NCBI GenBank assembly: GCA_046484865.1
Contig: JAWOID010000144.1
Location: forward strand, 1 to 64,000
Length of the DNA: 64,000 bases
Reading direction: 5' to 3'
Source: Candidatus Krumholzibacteriia bacterium
GTDB lineage: Bacteria > Krumholzibacteriota > Krumholzibacteriia > LZORAL124-64-63
In this document: one piece after another, positions 56,382 through 64,000 of the stretch
Numbering within the stretch: position 1 is the stretch's first letter
How the letters are laid out: each line of letters starts with the position of its first letter
Translations under genes and position numbers: made by a program
The notes under the pieces: model-generated
What the model was told of the DNA's origin: nothing
Seen by the model: the letters and a program-made list of their open reading frames with translations, nothing else
Database searches by the model: none

Positions 56382-59300
56382 ATGAGTCGCCCGCCCACAT
56401 CGCCCTCCCGGCTCCGCCGGGCACTGCGCCGGCTGGTGCGCCGCACGCACGCGCGGGTGGCGATGCGCGGCGTGCTGGCCACGCTGGCGGTGGGCGGCGG
56501 GGTGGCCGCGGCCGTCCTGTTCACGCTCGGCCGCCTGGATCACCTGCCGCCGGCCCTGAAGCTCGGCTTGACCGCCACGGCCTTGCTGGCGGTGGCGGCG
56601 GTGCTGCTGCGGACGCTCGTGGTGCCGCTGGCGCGGTTGCGCCGCGCGGCGGTCGTGGCGCGGGAACTCGACCGGCGGGCCGGGTTGCGCAACCACCTGG
56701 TGGCGGCCGAGGAGTCGCTGCGGCGCCCCGATCGGTGGAGCGGCGCCCCGGGCGTGAGCGATGAACTGGTGGCCCGGCTGCAGAGCGGAGCCCTCCAGCA
56801 GCTGGAGCGGCTGCGCCTGCACCGCGCCTGGCCCGTCTCGTGGGCGGGCGCCAGCCTGCTCGGTGCCGTCATGGTGGCGGCGGCCACGGGCTGGTGGCTG
56901 CTCGCGACGCCGGCCGAGGTGGAGCGCGCCGCCGAGCGAGTGCGCGCCCCGTGGCGAAACGAGGCATCGGCGCCCACCGTGGGCCTCTATCTCGCGCCGG
57001 GCCCCGGTCCGGTGATCGCCGGTGCGAGCGTCACCCTGGCGGCGCTCGATTTCGGTCGCGATCCGGAGCAGCCGGCCGTGTGCGAGATCCGTCGCGGCAG
57101 CGGCCTGTGGCAGCCGGTTTCCGTCCGTGCCGAGCCGGCAGGCTCCGCGGTCGGGGAATCGTTGCTGGTCGGCGCCAATCTGCCGCCTGCGCACCACCGG
57201 TGGCTGGCGGAGGTGACGGATGTCCGCGAGGACCTGGTCTTCCGCTTCCGGCGCGGCGCCCGGACCACCCGGGAGCGCACGGTGACGGTCTGGCACCCGC
57301 CGATCCTCGCCGAGCTGTCCGGCGCCATCGTCCCGCCGGATTATACCGGCTTGCCGCGCGTCGACATGCCGCTGCTGCCGGCTCACCTCGAGGTCCTCGC
57401 CGGCTCGGAACTGAGGCTGGTCGGCCGCGCCAACCACGACCTGGTCTGGGCAGCCGCCGTGGCTGCCGACGGCGACACCATGGCGCTGGAGGTTGCCGGC
57501 GACCGGATGCGGGGGCGGCTAGCGGTGACGGAACCCCTGAGCTTCTCGTTGCTCCTGCGGGACCGCCGTGGGCTCAACAGCGATTCGCCGCTGACCATCG
57601 AGGTGGCGGTGACGCCCGACCGTGTGCCGCGCGCGCGTCTCACCCGGCCGGGCGAGGACACCCTGCTGCCGCTGGCCGGCGATGTGGACCTGCTGGCGGA
57701 GGCGAGCGACGATTTCGGCGTGGCCGAGATGCGGCTGCTGCTCCGGCGGGAGGGGCCGATGCCGTCCGCTGGCGTCGGCTCCGACGAGATCGGCTCCGAC
57801 TGGTCGCGTCTGCCGCTGTGGCCGCTGCCGGCGGGCGGGGCCCAGGCGAGTGCCGAGACGCCGCTGGGCAGGGTGGTCGTCGACGTTGCCGGCGCCGGCG
57901 AGGACGGGGAGCAAGGCCGCCTCGACCTGTGGCGGCGGCTGCGCCTGAACGCCGGTGAACTGGATCTGGTGCCGGGCGAGGTGCTGCTGCTCGCTCTGGA
58001 GGTCGTGGACAACCGCGAGCCCGCTCCCGGGCAGACCGCGCGTTCGAGCGTGCTGCGTCTGGCCATGCCGTCGGCGGCGGAGATCCTGACCAGCCGCGCG
58101 GAACAGGAGCGCGGCCATCGCGGCGAGCTGGAAGCGCTGCGCCGTCGCAGCGGCGAGCTGGGCGCGGACCTCGAGCGCCTCCAGCGCGAGCTCCTGAAGA
58201 GCCCGCTGCCGGACTTCGCACGCCGGCAGCAGATCGAGAGCGCTTTGGAGCGCCACCAGACGATGCAGCAGGAGCTGAGCCGGGTGGCGGGGCAACTCCA
58301 GGCCGATCTGGAGTCGCTCGCCCAGAACGCGCTCACCAGCCAGGAATTGCTGGAGCGCATGGACATGATCTCCGACCTGCTGCGGGACCTGCAGAACGAG
58401 GAGCTGGAGCGGCTCCTGGAGCGGATGCGGCAGGAGTCGTCGCGCCTGGCCCCGGACGAGATCGCCGCGGCGGTGGACGAGGTCCGCCGCAACCAGCAGG
58501 AGACCATCCGCCGCCTCGACAACGCACTCGCGATGCTGCGCGACATGGCGCGTGAACAGGAACTGGAGGGGATGACGTCGCTGCTCGCCCAGCTCCTGCG
58601 ACGCCAGCAGGAACTGACGGAGCAGAACCGCGCCGCCGCCGACGAAGGCACCGACGGCGAGCCCGAGGGAGCGCAATCCGGAGACGACGAGAGGGACGGC
58701 GAGCAGGGTGAGGGCGAGCAGGGTGAGGGCGAACAGGGTGAGGGCGAACAGGGCGAGGGGGAGCAGGGCGAGGGGGAGCAGGAGGGTGAGCAGGGCGAAG
58801 GCGAGCAAGGCGAAGGTGAGGGCGAAAGCGAGCCGAACGACGGTTCTCCGGACGCCGAGTCCGGCGACCCGACATCCGATGCGGCGTCGGCCCAGGAGAT
58901 GGCCGAGCGCCAGCAGGCACTCGCCCGGGAGCTCGAGCAGCTCGAGGAGCGGCTGCAGGAGGCTCTGGAACAGGTGCAGCGCGAGCGCACCGACGGCGAC
59001 CAGTCGCCGTCCGGCGAGCAGATGCAGCAGGCGCTCGAGGAGGCCATGCGCCAGCTGGAGGAGCAGCAGACCGCGCGCAAGATGAGCGATGCCGCGCAGC
59101 AGATGCAGCAGGGCCAGCCGGGGTCCGCCGCCCAGCAGCAGCAGCAGGCGCTCCGCGATCTCGCCTCCCTCTACCACGTCATGCTGCAGAGCCAGATGGC
59201 CATGGAGATGGCGATGCAGCAGCACCAGGCAGCGTCGCTGCGCCGGTTCGCCGCCGACCTCCTGGCTCTCTCGCACCGCCAGGAGGAGATCGCCACCCGT

Positions 59301-60245
59301 GTGCCGGCCGACCTGCGGGACCTCGGCACCACCGGCCTCGCACGCCAGCAGCACCGGGTGCTGAGGGCGGCGCGGACCGTCCGGGACGAGCTGAGCGGCC
59401 TGACCACCGATGCCCCCATGCAGATCATGCGGATGCTGTCGCGGCTCGATACGCTGCTGGAGGAGCTCGGTCGCAGCCTGCACTTCCTGGAGGAAGGTCG
59501 CGGCACGCTGGCGCGCCGCACCGCCGGCGAGGGGCTGGCGGCGATGAACCGCATCGTGATCGACCTGCTCACCCAGGCCCAGATGACCGGCGCCGGCAGT
59601 GGTGGCGGCGGCGGCGGATCGACGCAACCGGCGTTCGGCCAGCAGCTGCGGGACATGGCCCGGGAGCAGGCGGGGCTCAATGCTCTGACCCAGGAGATGC
59701 GCGACGCGCTCGCTCGCCAGCAGCGGGTCAGTCAGGAACTGCGCTCGCAGATGCGGCGGCTCGGCGAGGGACAGGATGCGCTGGCGGAGCGCGCGCGGGA
59801 GATCGCGGAGGAGGAGCGCCGGCAGCGCGAGACCTCTCCGGACGCCGGCGGGCGGATCCTGGGCGACCTCGACCAGCTCGCGCGGGAGATGGAGCAGGTG
59901 GCGCGCGGCCTGGACGACGGCATGGTCGACCAGGCGACGCTGCTGCGGCAGGAACGCATCCTGGGCCGCCTGCTGGACGCCCACAACTCGGTGCGCCAGC
60001 GCGACTACAGCCGCCGCCGTGAGAGCCGCGCCGCCGAGCGCCTCTACTCCGAGCAGGATGGATTGGCACCGGGCCGGGACGGCGAGGGAGCGGCACCCCT
60101 CCAGCGGCGTTACGAGCCGGTGGAGAAGGCGCCGGTGGAATACCGTGACCTGGTGCGGCAGTACTTCCACCTGCTCGATCAGCTGCGTCGCGACACCGCC
60201 CCGTCGGCCCCGGGCGGTGTGGGCGCCGGACCGGGAGTGCCGTGA
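56382..60245 (+). CDS. DUF4175 family membrane / long coiled-coil protein
   Basis: N-terminal TMs, PPDYTGL, DRVP...ASDDFGV, LEVVDN, Gln-rich coiled coils, RQERILGRLLDA, EYRDLVRQYF C-terminus. Confidence 0.85.
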   Translation: MSRPPTSPSRLRRALRRLVRRTHARVAMRGVLATLAVGGGVAAAVLFTLGRLDHLPPALKLGLTATALLAVAAVLLRTLVVPLARLRRAAVVARELDRRAGLRNHLVAAEESLRRPDRWSGAPGVSDELVARLQSGALQQLERLRLHRAWPVSWAGASLLGAVMVAAATGWWLLATPAEVERAAERVRAPWRNEASAPTVGLYLAPGPGPVIAGASVTLAALDFGRDPEQPAVCEIRRGSGLWQPVSVRAEPAGSAVGESLLVGANLPPAHHRWLAEVTDVREDLVFRFRRGARTTRERTVTVWHPPILAELSGAIVPPDYTGLPRVDMPLLPAHLEVLAGSELRLVGRANHDLVWAAAVAADGDTMALEVAGDRMRGRLAVTEPLSFSLLLRDRRGLNSDSPLTIEVAVTPDRVPRARLTRPGEDTLLPLAGDVDLLAEASDDFGVAEMRLLLRREGPMPSAGVGSDEIGSDWSRLPLWPLPAGGAQASAETPLGRVVVDVAGAGEDGEQGRLDLWRRLRLNAGELDLVPGEVLLLALEVVDNREPAPGQTARSSVLRLAMPSAAEILTSRAEQERGHRGELEALRRRSGELGADLERLQRELLKSPLPDFARRQQIESALERHQTMQQELSRVAGQLQADLESLAQNALTSQELLERMDMISDLLRDLQNEELERLLERMRQESSRLAPDEIAAAVDEVRRNQQETIRRLDNALAMLRDMAREQELEGMTSLLAQLLRRQQELTEQNRAAADEGTDGEPEGAQSGDDERDGEQGEGEQGEGEQGEGEQGEGEQGEGEQEGEQGEGEQGEGEGESEPNDGSPDAESGDPTSDAASAQEMAERQQALARELEQLEERLQEALEQVQRERTDGDQSPSGEQMQQALEEAMRQLEEQQTARKMSDAAQQMQQGQPGSAAQQQQQALRDLASLYHVMLQSQMAMEMAMQQHQAASLRRFAADLLALSHRQEEIATRVPADLRDLGTTGLARQQHRVLRAARTVRDELSGLTTDAPMQIMRMLSRLDTLLEELGRSLHFLEEGRGTLARRTAGEGLAAMNRIVIDLLTQAQMTGAGSGGGGGGSTQPAFGQQLRDMAREQAGLNALTQEMRDALARQQRVSQELRSQMRRLGEGQDALAERAREIAEEERRQRETSPDAGGRILGDLDQLAREMEQVARGLDDGMVDQATLLRQERILGRLLDAHNSVRQRDYSRRRESRAAERLYSEQDGLAPGRDGEGAAPLQRRYEPVEKAPVEYRDLVRQYFHLLDQLRRDTAPSAPGGVGAGPGVP
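58698..58826 (+). repeat. In-frame 15-bp tandem repeat encoding (GEQGE)n, about 9 units
   Basis: GGCGAGCAGGGTGAG-type units with synonymous variation and two 12-bp units. Confidence 0.92.
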
Positions 60246-62335
60246 TGGATTTCGTGATCGGTTTCTTGTCGAGGACCGCCGACGTGCTGCGTCGGGCGGG
60301 TCGTGCCACGGCCCTGGATCGCCTCTCCGCCCGCGGCTGCCGCCGCCGCCGGCGGAACGGAAGCGATGCCGGCTTCCTGCCCCTCATGGGGCTGGCGCTG
60401 ATGGCGACGCTCGTGGCCGGCGCTGCGGCGGCGCAGGTGCCGCTGGACCCGCGTTCGCGACTGGAGCGTCCGCCGGACACCAGACCTTCGCCCCGGCTGG
60501 AACGCGTCCACCCGCAGCTGGCGCCGCACGCGGACCTGTTGCGGCGCGTGCAGGAGCTCGATCGCCTGCTCACTCTCGGTAGTCTCAGCCGCGCCGAGGT
60601 GCTGCTCGGCGAACTCGAGCAGCACTCGTTTCTCGGCCCCCACCTGCTGCCGCACCGCATCCGTCTGGCCCAGCTGAAGGGCGACCACGAAGCTGCGGTC
60701 GACCTCTGCCGGGAGGCGCTCGCCGACGCTCCCGGGAACGCGCGGGTCTGGCGGGAGCTGGCCGGATCCCTGCTGGCGCTCGGCCGCGGCGGCGAGGCGC
60801 GCGAAGCCCTCGACCGCTTCGTCGCGACGAGCCCCAACCAGCGCAGCAGCCTGGTGGTCGCCGTCGACCTCGCGGCGTCGGCGGGCGGGTCGGCCATGGC
60901 GCTGGCGCTCGTCGATTCGGCGCGGACCCTGCTGGCCGAGCCGCAGTTCATGGCCCGCGAGCGAGCGCTCGCGTTGCTGAGCCTCGGCCGCGAGGAGGCG
61001 GCGGCCGACGAGCTCGCAGCCGACCTGCGGACCCATCCCTTCCATCTGCCGCTGGTGAGGACCGCGCTCGCCGACGGGATCTTCGTTCCGCGCGAGCACG
61101 AGCGATTCGTGGCCCGGCTCGGTGAGCGGGCCACCGAGCGCGAGGCCGGCGCCGCGGAGAGGATCCTGCTGGCCAACCTCCTCGTCGAGGGCGGCGATGC
61201 CGCCGGCGCGCAGGCGACGGTGAGCGGGCTGGCCCGCGATCGCGAGTCGGCCAACCTGCTGCTGCAGAACGCGGCCGTCCTCGCCCGCGAGCTGGAACTG
61301 GTCGAGGACGCGAGGCTGCGCACGGTCCGCACCGACTTCCTGCTGGCCGTCCTGCGCGACCTCGGCGACGGGTCGGCGCTGGAGTCGGCCACGCAGGTGC
61401 GGGCGCTGGACACGATGGCATCCGTTCTCGAGACGGCGCTGAGCCGCGGCGACCTGGGCGACGATGCCCGCGCGGCTGCCGCCCGGTTCGAGGATCTGCT
61501 CGGGCTGGTGCAACGGCGCAACCCGCGTTCGCCGCACCTCTACTCGGCGCAGATCAGGCTGGCGCACTTCACTCGCGACGTCATCGGCGAGCCCGCGCGG
61601 GCGGCCGCGCGCCTCGAGCGGTTGCTCACGAACCTCGACCTTCCGATGGAGGGCGTGGCGCTGGCCCGACTCACGCTCGGCGAGACCTATCTCGCCGCCG
61701 GCGACACGGCCCGCGGACGGACGGTCCTCACCCGTCTGGGCAAGGACGCCGACTTCCGGGAGGCCGCGGGGCACGCGCATTATCATCTGGCGCGCCTGGA
61801 CCTGGCGGAGGGCCACTGGGAGACCGCCCGTGACCGCTTCGCCGCCGTGGCCCTGGACAATCCCGCCGCGACCTACGCGAACGAGTCGCTGGCGCTCGGC
61901 CTGGCGGTGGCGGAGGAACTGCAGAACCCCACGGGCGGACCGGCGCTGCTGGAACTCTACGCACCGGCGGTGCTGTACGATCTGACCGCCCGTCCCGACT
62001 CGCAGCGCGTGGCGCTGGAGCGCTTCGTGACCGCGGCGCCGGTGCGGGTGGACATGAGCCAGCCGCAGCACCTCCTCGAGCGCGCGCGCCTGGAACTCGC
62101 CGGGCTGTACCACGCGAACGGCGAGCAGGCCGCCGCCCTGGAGCAGCTCGACCGCGTCGTCCTCGACCATCCCGACGGGCGGCACGCCGCCGAGGCCCTG
62201 GCGCAGCGGGGCGCGATCCTGCGAGCGGCCGGCGACGAGGCCGGAGCGCGCGAGAATCTCGAGCGGCTGCTGCTGCAGTACCCCGAGTACCTCTTCGCGG
62301 ACGAGATCCGCGATCACCTCAGGAACCTGCCATGA
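60242..62335 (+). CDS. Exported tetratricopeptide-repeat protein
   Basis: Helical TPR-like repeats, YANESL, C-terminal LERLLLQYPEYLFADEIR; true start may be further downstream (near 60386). Confidence 0.8.
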   Translation: MMDFVIGFLSRTADVLRRAGRATALDRLSARGCRRRRRNGSDAGFLPLMGLALMATLVAGAAAAQVPLDPRSRLERPPDTRPSPRLERVHPQLAPHADLLRRVQELDRLLTLGSLSRAEVLLGELEQHSFLGPHLLPHRIRLAQLKGDHEAAVDLCREALADAPGNARVWRELAGSLLALGRGGEAREALDRFVATSPNQRSSLVVAVDLAASAGGSAMALALVDSARTLLAEPQFMARERALALLSLGREEAAADELAADLRTHPFHLPLVRTALADGIFVPREHERFVARLGERATEREAGAAERILLANLLVEGGDAAGAQATVSGLARDRESANLLLQNAAVLARELELVEDARLRTVRTDFLLAVLRDLGDGSALESATQVRALDTMASVLETALSRGDLGDDARAAAARFEDLLGLVQRRNPRSPHLYSAQIRLAHFTRDVIGEPARAAARLERLLTNLDLPMEGVALARLTLGETYLAAGDTARGRTVLTRLGKDADFREAAGHAHYHLARLDLAEGHWETARDRFAAVALDNPAATYANESLALGLAVAEELQNPTGGPALLELYAPAVLYDLTARPDSQRVALERFVTAAPVRVDMSQPQHLLERARLELAGLYHANGEQAAALEQLDRVVLDHPDGRHAAEALAQRGAILRAAGDEAGARENLERLLLQYPEYLFADEIRDHLRNLP

Positions 62336-62366
62336 AGATGCTTCAGGATCCTGCCATGAAGATGCT
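62319..62366. repeat. 24-bp tandem duplication spanning the TPR stop and next start codon
   Basis: TCAGGAACCTGCCATGAAGATGCT then TCAGGATCCTGCCATGAAGATGCT (23/24 identical). Confidence 0.9.
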
Positions 62367-63660
62367 CCGGTCCATCACCGCCCGGCGCGGCGCGCTCCGG
62401 CTGGCGACGATCGTCGGCCTGCTGGTCCTCGGGTCCACGGCAGCCGGCACCGCCCGCGCGGAGCGGTACCTGCTGGTCCCGATGGATCTGGACCAGTCCA
62501 ACCACCTGCGGGCGTACGGCCACGCCTATCACACCCTGCAGGACGGCGAACGGGTGAGCTGGCTGCTGAACTATCGCGGCGGATCGTTCCTCATGCGCGA
62601 CACCGAGCGGGCCCGGCTCGACGCCCGGCTGATGGGCGTGCGGTTCGAATCGATCGACGAAGGCGACGTGGAGGCGATCCGGCAGGTCGTGCAGCAGGAG
62701 AACATGGACGAGGTGCTGCTCGAGAAGCCCCCGCGCATCGCCGTCTACAGCCCGCCCCACATGCAGCCCTGGGACGACGCCGTCACCCTCGCGCTCACCT
62801 ACGCCGAGGTGCCCTACGACGTCGTCTACGACCAGGACGTCCTCGCCGGCAAGCTGCAGGAGTACGAGTGGCTGCACCTGCACCACGAGGACTTCACCGG
62901 GCAGTACGGCAAGTTCTACGGCGTGTACGGGCTCGAGGAATGGTACCTCGAGCAGAAGCATTTCCACGAGGACCTGGCGGCGCTTCTCGGCTACGAGACA
63001 GTCTGGAAGCTGAAGCACGCCGTGGCGCGGACCGTCCTCGAGTACGTCGAGGAAGGCGGCTTCCTCTTCGCCATGTGCTCGGCGACCGACACGCTCGACA
63101 TCGCGCTGGCGTACCTCGGGATCGACATCGTACCGGCGCCGATGGACGGCAGCCCGATCGATCCCGCCTACCGCGCGGGCGCCGTGTTCGAGCGGCCGCT
63201 GGCGTTCGAGAACTTCGAGCTCGTCACCAACCCGCTCGTCTACGAGTTCTCCACGATCGACACCAGCGACTACGCGAGCATCCGCGGGCCGGAAGCGGAC
63301 TACTTCACCCTCTTCGCCTTCGCCGCCAAGTACGATCCGGTGGCGGCCATGCTCACGCAGAATCACGTCAACGTGATCAACGGCTTCCTGGGGCAGACCA
63401 CCGGTTTCCATGCGCGCCATCTCAAGCGCAGCGTCACGGTGCTGGCGCAGGTCGAGGGCACCGACGAGGTGAAGTACGTCCACGGCAAGCGCGGGACGGG
63501 CACCTTCACCTACCTGGGCGGCCACGACCCCGAGGACTACCAGCACCGGGTGGGCGATCCGCCCACCGATCTCGACCTCTACCCCACCTCGCCGGGATAC
63601 CGGCTGATCCTCAACAACATCCTCTTCCCGGCCGCGAAGAAGAAGCCGCAGAAGACCTGA
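62332..63660 (+). CDS. Conserved exported protein with a class-I GATase-like fold (family often auto-labelled 'asparagine synthetase B' in FCB genomes)
   Basis: Signal peptide; LVPMD..QSNHLRAYG, WLLNYRGGSF, QPWDDAVTLALTYAEVPY, WLHLHHEDFTGQYGKFY, GGFLFAMCSATD, GHDPEDYQH, SPGYRLILNNILFPAA; no AsnB motifs. Confidence 0.8.
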   Translation: MKMLQDPAMKMLRSITARRGALRLATIVGLLVLGSTAAGTARAERYLLVPMDLDQSNHLRAYGHAYHTLQDGERVSWLLNYRGGSFLMRDTERARLDARLMGVRFESIDEGDVEAIRQVVQQENMDEVLLEKPPRIAVYSPPHMQPWDDAVTLALTYAEVPYDVVYDQDVLAGKLQEYEWLHLHHEDFTGQYGKFYGVYGLEEWYLEQKHFHEDLAALLGYETVWKLKHAVARTVLEYVEEGGFLFAMCSATDTLDIALAYLGIDIVPAPMDGSPIDPAYRAGAVFERPLAFENFELVTNPLVYEFSTIDTSDYASIRGPEADYFTLFAFAAKYDPVAAMLTQNHVNVINGFLGQTTGFHARHLKRSVTVLAQVEGTDEVKYVHGKRGTGTFTYLGGHDPEDYQHRVGDPPTDLDLYPTSPGYRLILNNILFPAAKKKPQKT

Positions 63661-63831
63661 CCGGCGCGCGCGGCGCGGGCGAAATGCCAGGGGCGCCGCG
63701 ACCTCGCCCCGCGGTCCGTGGCGGGGCTCGGCGGTCCCGGCGATTCCTCGTGATTCCTTCCCGAGGCGGACGAGGCCGCGCCGCGGCGCGTGACGGTCGC
63801 GCCGGAGCGCCGCGGTCGCGGCGCGAACCCA

Positions 63832-63846
63832 TGGCACGACGATTGC
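63832..63846 (+). promoter_or_regulatory. Sigma54 (-24/-12) promoter TGGCACG-ACGA-TTGC
   Basis: Exact consensus match in the intergenic region; target gene lies at or beyond the window edge. Confidence 0.75.
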
Positions 63847-64000
63847 CGCCGGCGCAGGGAACCCCGTCGGGATCTCTGCCGTGGGAGGCATCTTGGCCCG
63901 GATCCTCGTACATGGAGCGCCTCAGCGCGCGCGGGCCCTGCGCCGGATGCTGGAGGCGCGAGGGCACGCCACCGCGCCGCTCGGCGAGTCAGCCGCGGGA

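Noticed and set aside
58698..58826. Regular repeats as a CRISPR array or collagen-like domain
   Set aside because: No unique spacers; units are contiguous, in frame, and have a 5-residue rather than Gly-X-Y period.

Overview
A very GC-rich bacterial chromosome segment of mostly housekeeping and cell-envelope genes. Gene content (a secreted protein with a FlgD-Ig/T9SS-like C-terminal domain, a DUF4783-like protein, DUF4159/DUF4175, mfd-PPIase-surA order) suggests an FCB-group lineage such as Latescibacterota/Krumholzibacteriota; this is inference only. In order: ackA-pta, DUF948/YtxH, Rrf2, nadE, adenosine deaminase, DUF302, a GT-C membrane glycosyltransferase, a PP2C phosphatase, MoxR-DUF58-BatA/vWA, nifU-nifS, mfd and two PpiC/SurA isomerases. 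An accessory island follows (about 24.1-29.1 kb), then rtcB, a GT2-TPR protein, ftsEX-envC-holB-ricT-tatD-rsmA, an outer-membrane barrel with two lipoproteins, a divergent polysaccharide deacetylase, DUF362, secD (frameshifted)-secF, and a gene run with a sigma54 promoter at its start and another after its end (DUF4783-like, giant NtrY-like kinase, DUF4159, DUF4175, TPR, GATase-like). The island is the most notable feature. It holds two well-formed, closely related integron attC sites and no integrase in the window (a CALIN-like cassette array). The cassettes carry a BrnT-BrnA and an MNT-HEPN toxin-antitoxin pair. The array is preceded by a perfect 30-bp inverted repeat and followed by a secreted beta-propeller gene, a candidate tRNA-shaped structured RNA and the RNA ligase RtcB. 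No rRNA, canonical tRNA, CRISPR array, transposase or integrase was recognised.
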